Shown here one piece after another: positions 1 through 14,121 of a stretch of DNA of 64,000 nt (positions within the stretch are counted from its first letter, which is position 1; each line of letters begins with the position of its first letter). A model generated the notes under the pieces. It made no database searches. It was not told where the DNA came from and was given only the letters and a program-made list of their open reading frames with translations. This DNA is from Mobula hypostoma. Its lineage: Eukaryota. A program made the translations under genes and the position numbers. The stretch covers positions 8,804,001-8,868,000 of the forward strand of contig NC_086098.1 in assembly GCF_963921235.1 (NCBI RefSeq), written 5' to 3'.

Positions 1-172
1 TCTTTTTCACGTTAAGCTGCAGATAATTCTGCTCACACCATGTGACAAAGTTTCCTACCGTAGCCCTGTACTCAGCCTCATCTCCCTTGCTGATGCATCC
101 AACTATGGCAGAGTCATCAGAAAACTTCTGAAGGTGACAAGACCCTGTGCAGTAGTTGAAGTCCAAGGTGTA
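1..172 (-). mobile_element. Rex1/Babar-type LINE fragment (RT region), continues beyond window start
   Basis: Nearly the same sequence as 32139-32250 and 52844-53012 (aagctgcagataattctgctcacaccatgtgacaaagtttcc), which belong to Rex1-like ORFs. Confidence 0.8.
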
Positions 173-2690
173 TACTTTGTATCAAGAGGACAGGCAGGAA
201 GGCATAGGCGGTGGTGAGGCTGTGTTGGTAAGAAACAGAATTACATCTTTACAAAGAGGTGACATGGCGTCAGAGAATGTTGAATCTTTGTGGGTGGAGT
301 TAAGAAACTGCCAGTGTAAAAAAAAACATGGGAATCGTATACAAGCCTCCAAATAGTAGCCAAGATGTGGGAAGATTGTGAAGGGAGCTGGATGTATGTA
401 GTAAGGGTAATGACACAATTGCAATGGAGGACTTCAATATGCAAGGGGATTGGGAAAATCTGGTTGCGGTTGGATCTCAAGATAGGGAATTTGTTGAATG
501 CCTTTGAGTTGGCTTTCTAGTGTAGCTTGTGTTTGAGTGTACTTGGGGAAAGGTTTGGGTGTTGTGTAATAACCCAGAATCTAGTAGCGAACTTAACGTA
601 ATGGAACCCTTAGGAGGCAGAGATCATAATATGATTGAATTCATACTGCAATTTGAGAGGGAGAAGCATAAGTCACATGTATCAGTATCACAATGGGGTA
701 AAGGGAATTACAGAGGCATGAGAGAGGAGCTTGCCCAGATGGATTAGAGGGGGATACTGGTGTGGTTGACGGCAGAGCAGAGATGGCTGAAGTTTCTAGG
801 AATAGTTCACAAGGCGCAGGATAGATATGTCCCACAGAAGAAATAGTTCTCAAATTGCAGAGGTAGGCAACCATGGTGGACAAGGAAAGTTAAGGATGAC
901 ATAAAAGCCAAGGAAGGTGAATGATTGGGAAGCTTTTAAAATCCAATAAAAGGTAATTACAAAAGCTAAAAGAAGGGAAAAGAGGACAAACTAGCCAATA
1001 GTACCAAGCAGGATACTAATTTTTTTCCAGTTATACAAAGAGTGAAAAGGAAGTGAGAGTTGATATTGGTCCACTGAAAAAATGATGCTGGTGTGGTCGT
1101 AATGGGGGACAACGAAATGACAGATGAATTTAATGGGTACTTTGCATCTGTGTTCACTGTGGAAGACACTAGCAGTGTGCCAGATGTATGTGAGTATCAG
1201 GGAGCAGGAGTAAATGCCATTGCTATTACAAAGGAAAAAGCAAGGCAAACTCAAAAGTCTTAAGGTGGCTAAGTCACTTGGACCAGATGAACTACATCCC
1301 AGAGTCTGGAGAGAGGTTGCTGAAAAGATAACAGATGCATAGGTCATGATCTTTCAAGAATCGCTTGATTTCGGCATGGCCCAGAGGACTGGAAATTGCA
1401 AATGTCACTCCACTCTTTAAGAAAGGAGAAAGGCAAAAGAAAGGAAATTATAGGCCAGATAGCCTAACCTCAGTGGTTGGGAAATTGTTGGAGTCTATTA
1501 TTAAGGATAAGGTTTTGGGGTACTTGGAGACTAATGATAAAATAATCAGAGTCAGCATGGTTTCTTTAAAGGGAAGTCTTGCCTGATAAATCTGTTAGAG
1601 TTCTTCGATGAAATAACAAGCAGGGTGGACAAAGGAGAGGCAGTGGATGTCATTTACTTGGATTTTCAGAAGGCGTTTGATAAGGTGCCACACATGAGGC
1701 TGCTAAACAAGATAAATTCCTATGGCATTACAGGAAAAATACTGGCATGGATAGAGGGATGGCTGACAGCTAGGATGCAGCGAGTGGGAATAAACGGGAC
1801 CTTTTCTGGTTTGCTGCCAGTGACTAGTGGTGTTCCTCAGGGGTCAGTATTGGCACCACTGCTTTTCACATTATTTGTCAATGATTTAGATAATGGAATT
1901 GATGGTTTTGTGGCAAAGTTTGCAGATGACATGAAGATAGGTGGAGGGGTAATCTAAATGGGAAAAAATTCAAACATGAGAGGTGCAGAGGGACTTAGAA
2001 GTCCTCGTGCAAGACTCCCAGAAGGTTAATTTACAGGTTGAGTCTGTGGTAAAGAAGGCAAATTCAATGTTGACATTTTTTCAAGGGAAATAGAATATAA
2101 AAGCAAAGAGATGATGCTGAATCTTTATAAAGCACCAGTCAGGCCGAACTTGGAGTATTGTCAACAGTTTTGGGTCCCATATCTCAGAAAGGATGTATTG
2201 TCATTGGAGGTTCAGGAGGATGATTCCAGGAATGAAGGGGGTACATATAAGGAGAGTTTGATAGCTTTGGGCCTGTACTCACTGGAATTTAGAAGAATGC
2301 GTGAGTGTCTCATTGAAACCTACCAAACGTTTACAGGACTAGATAGTGTGGATGTGGAGAGGATGTTTCCTATGGTGGGCGTATCCAGAACGAGAGGGCA
2401 CAGCCTCAAAATTGACAGGTGACCTTTTAGAACAGCGGTAAGGAGGAATTATCTTAGCCAAAGAGTAATGAATCTGTGGAATGCTCTGCTACAGACTGTG
2501 GTGGAGGCCACGTCCGTGGGTAAATTTAAAGCAGAATCTGATAGTTTCCTGATTGGTCGGGGTATCAAAGGATATGGCAAGGAGGCAAGTGTATGGGGTT
2601 GAGTGGGATCCAGGATCAGCCACGATGGAATGATGGAGCAGATTCAGTGGGCTGAGTGGCCTGATTCTGCTCCTATATCTTATGATCTTG
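173..2690 (+). mobile_element. Degenerate CR1 LINE ORF2 (endonuclease to RT to 3' UTR)
   Basis: Broken frames give VESLWVELRN, NYRPDSLTSVVGK, YLDFQKAFDKVPH, GVPQGSVL, KFADD and RPNLEYC; CR1-type 3' end near 2690; many frameshifts. Confidence 0.92.
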
Positions 2691-3624
2691 TATCTCTCAC
2701 TTTCTTGTCTTCACTCACATAGGATTGACTGCCTTGTTCTTTGAACTGCCTAGCACCTCCAGCAAAATGCTTAAATGTCCTTTCCACACACTTAAACTAG
2801 TACTAGCAATCTAGTCTGGGTGACGTTGCTGAAATTAATGCAAATATTAGACATTTTTAAAGATGAGTGCTGCCCATAACCATTGTTGTTCATCCTTTAC
2901 ACCTGTTAAAGATTCCATTTGCCCAGATCAGACACTATCTGCATAACTAATATTGTGCCACGATGGAATTGTCAGATGTTTGCTATGCTAATCGTTCCAG
3001 TTCTGAAAAATTTTTTAAATTGTTTTAATGCATAGCCATAAACTGGACATCTTGAAAAGTATTTACTTATCAAAAATAATTAATTTTCTAACAAACTATA
3101 TAGTATATATAGTGTGTCTGAAGAATATATATAGTTTTGTTCTTATCAAATCAAAATCAAATCAGGTTTAATTATCATTCAACCATACATAGATACAGTA
3201 AATGAAACAGCTTTCTTCTGGGGCCAAGGTGCCAAACATACAAAATAGCAAGCAAAGAAGCATATTCACGCAAAAACAAATATATATATATATATATATG
3301 AACCGTGAACGACGTGTCCTGCAGTTGATGGTGCATTCTCCCACTGGTGTGTCGATGCACAGAATCCAGACTGGCATTGCACCGCATGGATACGGGACAG
3401 CAGCACCAATGGGAGAGGCCAGCCCCCCCCCCCCCCACAGACCCCAGCCAAGCGCAGACGGCGTACTGCGTCACCTCTGGCTTCTCCTCACCTAGTGTGC
3501 AGCAACAGGCAAGCCCGTGGCTTGAGGCCTAATCCTCACTAATTTTAAATTATTCCTTTTAGGAGGACTGGTATTCTCATTAAATATTCTTATTTCTGCT
3601 ATTAAACCCATTAGCAGATATAGA

Positions 3625-3835
3625 GCATAGAACAATACAGCACAGGAACAGGCCATTTAGCCCACAATGTTGTGCCGAACCAGCTAAAAAGCAAATGAAA
3701 AATACCTCCTGCCTACACCATGTTCATATCCCTCCATCTTCCTTACATCCAAGTGCCTATCTCAAACATCTCTTAAAAGCCTCTAATGTATTTGCCTCTA
3801 CCACTATACCAGGCAGAGCATTCCAGGCATCCACA
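3625..3835 (-). mobile_element. CR1 3'-end fragment
   Basis: Minus-strand peptide VDAWNALPGIVVEANTLEAFKRCL plus CR1 tail; related copies near 22852 and 36483. Confidence 0.75.
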
Positions 3836-4764
3836 ATAGCACCAGGCAGCTGCACAAGTTTAATTGAAGAGAAATAAATTACGTTAAGTTGTTTTGTTTG
3901 GTATGTTGTTTCATAGAAGATCTTGCATTCGTCTTTATGCAAATTTTATCAATAATTTGAACTAGAAATTAAACACTGCAGTTTCAAGCATAAGTTGGGC
4001 ATGATTTTCAAAGCAGAAGTTCAAAATCCAAGTTGTATGCAAATAGTGTGACAGGAAGGAAGTAATTATGTATAACTTGATATGAATGATTAATATAATA
4101 TGATTCTAATCACTAAATTAAATACATGGGACTGAGTTATGTGCTTCAGACAGGATAGGTGAAAGTAAATTGATTATCAAAGTTCATATACTGTATGTCA
4201 TCATGTACAACCCTGAGGCATACAAAAAGAAAGAGAAAAAATAAATAAATAAACAAACAAACAAACAAGCAAGCAAGCAATAAATAATCAAGAACATGAA
4301 ATGAAGAGTCAAAGGTGAATCCATAGGTTGTGGGCACAGTTCAATGATGAGGCAAGTAAAGTTGAGTGAATTTATCCTCTTTGGTTTGAGCTTAATAGTT
4401 GAGAGGTAATAACTATTCCTGAACCTTGTGATGTGACTCCTGTGGCTCTTGTACCTTCTTCCTGATAGCAGCAGTGAGAAGAGAGCATGACCTCGGTGGT
4501 GGAGGCCCTTGATGAAGTTGTTTTCCTGCGACAGTGCTACGTGTAGATGTACTCAGTGGTGGTGAGGGCTTTACCTGTGATGGATTGAATCATATCCTCT
4601 ACTTTTTATAGGCTTTTCGATACAAGGGCAGTAGGCCTTAAAAGGCAGATTGTTATCTGAACGGACAGAGTGTTTGTTACAGTGCATGAATCATAATATG
4701 TTGAAACCTTTACTATTCATGAACCTTTTTGGTCCATGAGTAGATGAAGAAAGAGGTAAAAATT

Positions 4765-5050
4765 AGCATTATTTGTCACTCACATGTACATTGAGACATC
4801 CAAACATACAGTGAAATGCATCATTTGCATCAACGACCAACACTGTCTGAGGATGTACTGGAGGCAGCCTGCAAGTGTTGCCAAGCTTCCAGTGCCAAGG
4901 TACAAACGTGGTAAATACCCATAACTTATTAACCCTCACCTCGTACATCTTTGGAATGTGGGAGGAAACTGGAGCACCCGGAAGAAATCCATGTGATCTT
5001 GGGGAGAACATACAAACCTACAGGTAGTGGTGGGAAATGAGCCCCATTCA
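4765..5050 (-). mobile_element. SINE-like repeat with V-domain-like core
   Basis: Minus strand reads ggatttcttccgggtgctccagtttcctcccacattccaaagatgtac, a V-SINE-like core; related copies at about 37870-38060 and 44740-45000. Confidence 0.6.
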
Positions 5051-5904
5051 CTGATCGCTGTCATAATTGTATAAAATGGTACCTATCATTTAAAACCTCA
5101 ATGACCCATTTATATATTATTTTAAACTCTACCATCTGTTTTCTGATGAAAATCAATCCACAATCCATGCCAGTATATAACATCCGACTCTAATTTTATT
5201 TAATAACTGAATCGTGGCAGTGAGAAGGATACTTGGCCAATATTTGCCAACTTTAACTTGTGGCCTGTGTGGCAAACAGGACCAAAAAGATGGTCTTGAA
5301 TTAGGGCCGTTCAGAGAAGAAAGGCCGCAACCCTGAGGTAGAAGTAATGAAATGATTTAAGAAGTAATTGAAGATTATTAACAGCTATTTTTACTTACTT
5401 TGATTGCTGTCAATTATTTTTAAAGCCCACATGTCATGATCCATTTGAAGTAGGGCTAAGAACAATGTCAGTGACGTTGATCAAAGACTAGTGCAGGCTG
5501 ATATTTTAATCACCTTCACTTCCCACTCCTTGCTCTGTTGGTAATCATCACAGCTTCCAAATTGCTATCTGAGATCAGGAAGCAATGACAGTAAAAATCC
5601 ATTCTCTGTTTCCTCACGGAAGTTGTGAATCAAGAACCCCTGTTGCACTGCTGTGATGTACGCATCTCTTCGGTAATACAAAATGCTTTAAATAATAAAG
5701 AATACGAGGAAAAATATCCCTGTACTTGTTGGAGCTATAGATAGCTGAAATCCACTTGTACAAACAGCTGGTCAGTGAAGCTTATTTTATAAATGATGTT
5801 CTTTACCAGACTAAGCAAGCAGCTGCCTTCAGACAGCTGGACTTTGACAAGATTTGAAGTCAGTTCCCATAAATAAACATAACGAAATATATGTAGCCTA
5901 ATAA

Positions 5905-6009
<105 letters not shown>

Positions 6010-6795
6010 TAATTATGTATCGAAAACAACTGCTATTGATTATTTTAAATACTAACCACTAATGCATTGTGAAGCTAAATATTCTGGTGCCCTATGCTTA
6101 TGTTCTGAATGATTCTCTAAAGTAATTTATGAAGTGAATATGCAGTTCAATAAATGTTCTTGTGACATAAATATAAAGCTTTACACTCTTAGGTGGTTTA
6201 TGTCCACTTTGAAATTTAGATGACTGAAGAGAAGGGGAATTCTTTGAGTGCTTATCTCAGCTGCTATCTTGGCAATAAGAATACAAAACACTTGGAGGTG
6301 CTCAGCCAGTCAGGGTACTATCTGGGAAGAAAGTCGATGTTTCACTTTCCACAAAACCATAAGGCGGAGGAGCAGAATTAGGCCATTTGGCCCATCGAGT
6401 GATTTATTATCCCTCTCAACCCCATTCTCCTGCCTTCTCCCTGTAACCTTTGACACTCTTACTAATCAGGAATCTATCAACCTCCATTTTAAATATACCC
6501 AGTGACTTGACCTCTACAGTAGTCTGTGACAATTAATTCCACAGATTCACCACTTTCATGATGATAATTTTGTTCATGGATTGAGTGGGGACAGGTCTCG
6601 AAAATGCATGGGTTTATCCTTGCCCTTTCATAACATTGGTTTGTGTATTTTTCACATTATTCCCTGTGAACTGACGCAGTTACAGGTTTTTATCCCTGTT
6701 CTTATCCATTCTTCCACCACATACGTTGAATATAATCCTACTATAGACATAAAAGTTCATTGTTCCCTGAGATGTCTACCTACTTAATTTTCTGA

Positions 6796-6975
<180 letters not shown>

Positions 6976-7712
6976 TAAGTGAGAGTTATTGGTATTTTTC
7001 TTTTTGTACAAGGATTAAGTTAAAATAATATCAAACAGCAAGTTTTTGTTATTGCGTGGTTGGATACTACTGCATGTTTTACAGAGCCACTCTCGGAGAC
7101 AGAGTGCTGGTAAAACTCGTTACATGTGGCTGCCAGGTTTTTTTTTGTTCTTGGAATGGTGGCATCAAAGCTAACTTGGATGCCTCAAGAAGAAGGTGAC
7201 AGACGGCCATAACATTCAAACAATAGGAGTGAGGGAGATATTGAATACTCTGATCGGGGCTCATCTCTAGGCCTCTCATATCAGAATCAGGTTATTTATC
7301 GCTGTCGAATATGACGTGAAATTTGTTGTTTGGACAGTGCAAAAGACATAAAAAGTCACCATAAATTACAAAATAAATGAGTAGTGGGAAAAAAAGGGAA
7401 TAATTCAGAAATCTGATGGCAGAGGGGAAGAAGCAGTTCCCTGATTCATTGAGTGTAGGTCTTCAGGCTCCTATACTTCTTTCCTGATGATAGTAATGAG
7501 ACGAGGGTATGCCCTGGCTGGTGTGGGTCTTTAGTGATGGATGCCACCTTCTTGAAGCACTGCCTCTCGAAGATGTCCTCAGTGGTGTGCAGGTTTATGC
7601 CCGTGATGGAGCTGGCTGTGCCTCCTGACGTCCTGTGCTCTAGAACCTTCATACCAGGAGATGATGCAGCCTGTCAGTATGCTCTCCACTGTGCATCCAT
7701 GGAGTCTTTGGT

Positions 7713-10700
7713 CAGGTAATTACTGCCTGTAATGATGCTGCTGTTTAGGGCAGCAATGAAGGTCCTACATCTCTCTCTGTCCTTGCCCACTCAGATGTAG
7801 ATGGATTCTTCATTGCTGTTTCCATAACATTTTTGTTTCACCAGTCAGGGTTGTTAACCCTGAGCTGAACCTTCGAACCTGGAGGTTTGCTAGAGAGGCT
7901 CCAGTGGATTTGAACTATATACAAGGGGGGAGGGGAACCAGAGTGTAGGAACTGATGTAGGGAAGAAGGAAGAAAAAGGAGATAGTAAAGTTGTTTGCAT
8001 CGTTGGTGATAAACAGAGAGTAAGAGGTGGAAAATTTCTTAAATGCATTTATTTTAATGCTAGAAGCATTGTAAGAAAGGTGGATGAGCTTAGAGCATGG
8101 ATTGATACCTGGAAGTATGATGTTGTAGCTATTAGTGAAACATGGTTGCAGGAGGTGTGTGATAGGCGACTAAATGTTCCTGGATATCATTGCTTCAGGT
8201 GTGATAGAATCGGAGGGACAAGAGGGGTAGGTGTTGCATTGCTTGTCAGAGAAAATATTACAGCGGTGCTCTGGCAGGATAGATTAGAGGGCTCGTCTAG
8301 GGAGGCTATTTGGGTGGAATTGAGGAATGGGAAAGGTGCAGTAACACTTAAAGGGGTGTATTATAGACCACCTAATGGGGAACGAGAAATGGAGGAGCAA
8401 ATTTGTAAGGAGATAGCAGATATTTGTAGTAAGCACAAGGTTGTGATTGTGGGAGATTTTAATTTTCCACTCATAGACTGGGAAGCCCATACTGTAAAAA
8501 GGCTAGATGGTTTGGAGTTTGTAAAATGTGTGCAGGATAGTTTTTTGCAGCAATACATAGAGGTACCAACTAGAGAAGGGGCAGTGTTGGATCTCCTGTT
8601 AGGGAATGAGATAGGTCAGGTGACGGAGGTTTGTGTTGGGGAGCACTTCGGGTCCGGTGATCACAGTGCCATTAGTTTCAATATAATTATGGAGAAGGAT
8701 CGGTCTGGACCCAGGGTTGAGATTTTTGATTGGAGAAAGACTAACTTTAAGGAAATGCGAAAAGACTTAGAAGGAGTGGATTGGGACAATTTGTTTTATG
8801 GGAAGGATGTAATAGAGAAATGGAGGTCATTTAAAGGTGAAATTTTGAGGGTACAGAATCTTTATGTTCCTGTTAGGTTGAAAGGAAAGGTTAAAAGTTT
8901 GAGAGAGCCATGGTTTTCAAAGGATATTGGAAACTTGGTTCGGAAAAAGAGAAGTATCTACAATAAATATAGGCGGCATGGAGTAAATGAAGTGCTCAAG
9001 GAATATGAAGAATGTAAAAAGAATCTTAAGAAAGAAATTAGAAAAGCTAAAAGAAGATACAAGGTTGCTTTGGCAAGTAAGGTGAAAATAAATCCAAAGG
9101 GTTTCCACAGTTATATAAATAGCAAAAGGATAGTGAGGGATAAAATTGGTCCCTTAGAGAATCAGAGTGGACAGCTATGTGTGGAGCCAAAGAGATGGGG
9201 GAGATTTTAAACCATTTCTTTTCTTCGGTATTCACTAAGGAGAAGGATATTGAATTGTGTAAGGTAAGGGAAACAGATAGGGAAGTTATGGAAACTATGA
9301 TGATTAAAAAAGAGCGAGTATTGGCGCTTTTAAGGAATATAAAAGTGGATAAGTCTCCGGGTCCTGACAGGATATTCCCTAGGACCTTGAGGGAAGTTAG
9401 TGTAGAAATAGCAGGGGCTCTGACAGAAATATTTCAAATGTCATTAGAAACGGGAATGATGCCAGAGGATTGGCGTATTGCTCATGTTGTTCCATTGTTT
9501 AAAAAGGGTTCTAAGAGTAAACCTAGCAATTATCGGCCTGTGAGTTTGACGTCAGTGGTGGGTAATTTGATGGAAGGTATGCTCAGAGATGGTATATATA
9601 ATTATCTGGATAGACAGGGTCTGATTAGGAACAGTCAACATGGATTTGTGTGTGGAAGGTCATGTTTGACAAATCTTTTTGAATTTTTTGAAGAGGTTAC
9701 TGGGAAAGTTGACGAGGGTAAAGCGGTGGAAATTGTCTATATGGACTTCAGTAAGGCCTTTGACAAGGTTCCACACAGAAGGTTACTTAGGAAGGTTCAA
9801 TCGATAGGTATTAATACTGAAGTAGTAAAATGGATCCAGCAGTGGCTGGAGGGGAGACGCCAAAGAGTAGTGGTGGATAACTGTTTGTCAGATTGGAGGC
9901 CAGTGACTAGTGGTGTGCCTCAGGGATCTGTACTGGGACCAACATTGTTTGTCATATACATTAATGATATGGATGATGGGGTGATAAATTGGATGAGTAA
10001 GTATGCAGATGATACTAAAATAGGTGGAGTTGTGGATAATGAAGTAGGTTTTCAAAGCTTGCAGAGAGATTTGTGCCAGTTAGAAGAGTGGGCTGAAAGA
10101 TGGCAGATGGAGTTTAATGCTGATAAATGTGATGTGCTACATTTTAGTAGGGCTAATCCAAATAGGACATACATGGTAAGTGGTAGGGCACTGAAGAATG
10201 CAGTACAGCAGAAGGATCTAGGAATAATGGTGCATAGTTCCCTGAAGGTGGAATCTCATGTTGATAGGGTAGTGAAGAATGCTTTTGGTATGCTGGCCTT
10301 TATAAATCAGAGCATTGAGTATAGGAGTTGAAATTGTACAAGACATTGGTGAGGCCAAATTTGGAGTATTGTGTACAGTTCAGGTCACCGAATTATAGGA
10401 AAGATGTCAACAAAATTGAGAGAGTACAGAGAAGATTTACTAGAATGTTACCTGGGTTTCATCACCTAAGTTACAGAGAAAGGTTGAACAAGTTGGATCT
10501 TTATTCTTTGGAGCGTAGAACGTTGAGGGAGGACTTGACAGAGGTATTTAAAATTATGAGGGGGATAGATAGAGTTGACGTGGATAGGTTTTTTCCATTG
10601 ACAGTAGGGAGATTCAAACAAGAGGACATGAGTTGAAAGTTAGGGGGCAAAAATTTAGGGGTAACCATGAGGGGGAACTTCTTTACTCAGAGAGTGGTAG

Positions 10701-11076
10701 CTGTGTGGAACGCACTTCCAGCAGAACTGGTTGAGGCAGATTCGATGTTGTCATTTAAAGTTAAATTGGATAGCTGTATGGACAGGAAGGGAATGGAGGG
10801 TTATGGGCTGAGTGAAGGTTGGTGGGACTAGGTGAGATTAAGTGCTCGGCACGGACTAGAAGGGTCAAGATAGCCTGTTTCTGTGCTGTAATTGTTATAT
10901 GGTTATATGATCAGTGGACCACTCTTAGTCTGGCCTCTACCTCTGACCTGTTTGGCATGGGTGACCCTACCAAGAAACAAAGCATAAAGCCCTGACTCCA
11001 GCCAACATAGCTCCCTGGGTCACTGAGGCACGCAAGCCTCCAAACCACAATAGGGTTGTGGTTCTCTTGGAAGATT
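7713..11076 (-). mobile_element. RTE-derived bipartite non-autonomous retroelement (split by a CR1)
   Basis: 10-bp TSD; RTE-type 5' UTR motifs (ggtagggtcacccatgccaaacaggtc ... gggttaacaaccc) joined to a short 3' tail; second copy at 42187-43223. Confidence 0.7.
7886..10908 (+). mobile_element. CR1 LINE, 5'-truncated, near-complete ORF2 in three frame segments
   Basis: ORFs 8080-9210 (APE endonuclease: SETW, YRPP, GDFN, GDH), 9177-10331 (RT: KYADD) and 10328-10636; tatggttata tail. Confidence 0.95.
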
Positions 11077-12959
11077 AGTCTTTGGTGCCATACCAAACCT
11101 TCGCGAACTCCTATTGAAGTGTAGGCGTTGGTATGCCTTCTTCGTAATTCTCTGAGATGTTGACACCTAAGGACTTGAAGTTTGTCCCTCAATGAGGACT
11201 GGTGTGTGTTTTCTGATTTTTTTCCCCTTCCTGAAGTCCACAAGCAATTCTTCGGTCTTGCTGATGTTAAATGCCAGGTGGTTGTTGTGACACCAATCAA
11301 CCAGCTGATCTATTTCACTCCTCGTCACTATCTGAGATGTCACCAAGAACTGTGGTGGCGTCAGCAAATTCATTGATGGTGTTTTTGCCACACAGTCTTG
11401 AATGTGGAGAGAGTAGAGCAGTGGGCTAAGCACGCATTCTTGTGGTGCAGCAGCGAGGAGATGTTATCACCAATACACACTGACTGTGGTCTCCCAAAGA
11501 GGAAGTCAAGGATTGAGTTGCAGAGGGCAATACAGGGGCCCAAGTTTAGATGTTTGGTGGTTAATACTGAGGTGAATCTCATCTAGAAAATTCACATAGA
11601 TGTCCAGTTGCAATAGCCGTACAACTGTAGGCTTAAAGTTCAAAGTAAATTTATTATCGAAGTCACCATATACAACCCTAAGATTCATTTTTTGCAGGCA
11701 TACCTAATAACTCCAAAACCATAATAGAGTCAATGAAAGACTGCACCAACAGGGTGGACAACCATCATGCAAAAGACAATAAGTTATGTAAATACAAAAA
11801 AAAGAGTAGAAATAGAAATTATAATAATTATATAATCAATGCGAGAATAAGAGATCAAGTGTCCTTGAAGAGGCTTGGCGATACTCAAAAGTCTTGATGT
11901 TGTCTAGGTCCATGCAGATAATTTGGGTGAAATCCTAAACACCAGATTCATTATCTATCCCAGCATTATTTTGTAAACTGTTATTTTACTATACATTGTC
12001 AACAGGTAGTATTTATAGAATTCATCAAATTTACATCAATAGCAACCTTCTAACACATAACCTCTCACCAAGAGCAAGGACAGCAATTGTGAAAGAAGAC
12101 TTGCACCCTGTCCTTGGGCCTTCACCTCACCCACAGTAGTGGTGTTCCCACAGTTGTGTTGACCCAGGAATGTAGACAAAGAAGAGCTGTGAAATTTTTC
12201 CCCAACATCCTGATCAATGGGACAAATGAAGAAACTAGAGAAAGATATGAGTTCTGGGCTGGGCCAAGTGAGAAGCTTAGAAGAATTTTACCCTAGAAGG
12301 CAAGGAGAACTGGGAAAAACAGTAATGGCAAATAAGTGGATTGTATCAATCTTAAGAATTTGACACTCATGAAGTTGTTGGAAAGGTTGATAAGGCACAA
12401 AGTATTTAACAAAACACAGTTAGTTGTTTTTGTAATCAATGTCAACAAGATGCTGTAATTATTATAAATGAGATGCTGCAGATGCTGGAAATCTTGAGCA
12501 ATGCACGCTCAGTGGTGGAAGAATTCCAGCTGCAGATACAGACAGGAATAAACAGTCAGTGTTTCATCCTGAAACTGAATTGCTTCTAGTGTGAGGTGAG
12601 TTGGAATAGCTGATTAGCGTGTGGGGTGATTAAAATGGAATTATTGTAGGATTAATGAAATGGTCAGCTCAGACTCGGTGGGCTGGAAGGCATTGCTTCC
12701 TTGCGGTATCCCTCTAAAGAGAGAGAAGGAAGAGATGAGGGGAGGACAGTGACATTTCACGTGGGAGAAAGCTAGGCTGAAAACGACATTGAAATCATCT
12801 TGTTTCCATCTGTGTCCTAACTTGCTGCAAGTTCTGTTTGTTCTTCACCCTGATCTCACTTTTAGTTGAAAACCTTGATTTCTAAAATTCTTCTCTTGGA
12901 TCTTGAATGTTTCTAAGTCTTTGCCTCCATCCTCTGTGAATTTGTAGTGTAGTATTGTT

Positions 12960-13335
12960 TGTTAGTTATGTGCCGTATTGTATGACGTGGGTGATCATAG
13001 TCTTTCCATGACCATGATGGTTTTGGCGATTATTTTTCTATAGAAGTGTTTTGCCATTGCCTTCTTCTGGGCAGTGTCTTTACAAGACAAGTGATCCCAG
13101 CCATTATCAATACTCTTCAGAGACTGCCTGCCTCGTTTCAGTGGTCAGTTAACCAGGACTTTCGATATGCACCAGCTGCTCATAGGACCATCCACCACCT
13201 GCTCCCATGGCTTTACATGATCCTGATCGGGGGGATAAGCAGGTGCTTCACCTTGTCAAGGGTGACCTGCAGGTAGCGGAGGGAAGAAGCATCTTACACT
13301 TCCTTTGGTAGAGATGTATCTCCATCCCACCATCC
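12960..13335 (-). mobile_element. RTE/BovB-like non-autonomous retroelement
   Basis: Minus strand has gaagaaggcaatggcaaaacacttc ... catggtcatgg ... cacgtcatacaatacggcacataac, resembling RTE/BovB 3' tails. Confidence 0.6.
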
Positions 13336-13429
13336 AGTAGTGTATTTGTGCTAACTGGACCTCTTCAATACTTTTGGCTGCTGTACTTACTGCTGGACTC
13401 GAAACGCTAGAATTTACTCCCTAATAATA

Positions 13430-13820
13430 AACTCGAGGAAGTCTGCAGATATTGGAAATCCCGAGCAACACAGACACACACAAAACACTGAAGAACTCAG
13501 CAGGTCAGGCTGCATCTATGAAAGTAAATAAATAGTCAACATTTTGGGCCAAAACATTTCTTCAGGACTGAGAAAGAAGGATGAAGATGCCAGAATAAGA
13601 AGGTGGGGGGGGGGCGGGGAAGGAGGTTAGCTTGAAGGCGATAGGTGAAACCAGGTGAGTGGGAAAGGTAAAGAGCTGTAGAAGAATGAATCTGATAGGA
13701 GACTAGAGTGGACCATAGGACAAAGGGAAGGAAGAGGGGACCCAGTGGAGGTGATAGGCAGGTAACAGGTCAGACTGGAGAATAGAAGAGGGGAGTGGGA
13801 GGGAATTTTTTACCAGACAT
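13430..13820 (-). mobile_element. Penelope-derived terminal repeat with degenerate hammerhead motif
   Basis: Minus strand cagtcCTGAAGAaatgttttggcccaaaatgttgacta followed by the family tail (gacctgctgagttc...atctgcaga); pyrimidine-rich upstream part. Confidence 0.65.
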
Positions 13821-13940
13821 TCCCTGATATTATTCTAGTAAATTGCATCTGCATCCTCCCTCGCTGATTCAGGATACATATTTGTATGGTGTTAATGTGC
13901 AAAGTTCTGTAACTTTTTAAATTTTGATTCTAAATTCCAG

Positions 13941-14121
13941 ACAAGAATTAATAGCAGAACTGGACCAGGATGAAAAAGATCAACAGAATACCTCCCGACT
14001 GGTTCAAGAACATAAGAAACTCTTGGAAGAAAACAAAAGTTTATCTACATACTATCAAGAATGTAAGAAACGGCTAGAATACATAAGAGCCCAGCAGCAG
14101 AAGCGGCAGGGCACATCCTGA
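13941..14121 (+). CDS. MAP3K7: MAP3K7 terminal coding exon, (K)[59 protein letters not shown]
   Basis: ttccAG acceptor (13939-13940), TGA at 14119-14121; C-terminal coiled coil ending QQQKRQGTS as in TAK1. Confidence 0.97.

Larger units (their letters stand above)
7280..11570 (-). mobile_element. Old Rex1-like LINE fragment (about 7280-7712 and 11087-11570), interrupted by nested insertions
   Basis: Minus-strand peptides LSPLLYSL, NISKTEELLVDFRK and KDPHQPGHTLVSLLSSGKKYRSLKT; halves rejoin across TSD agtctttggt (7703-7712 / 11077-11086). Confidence 0.75.

Noticed and set aside
2700..5900. Further upstream MAP3K7 exon (WTPDDS-like)
   Set aside because: Not found by eye; it probably lies upstream of the window.
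13924..13940. ORF-track start MILNSR
   Set aside because: Intronic; the exon starts at 13941 after the AG acceptor.
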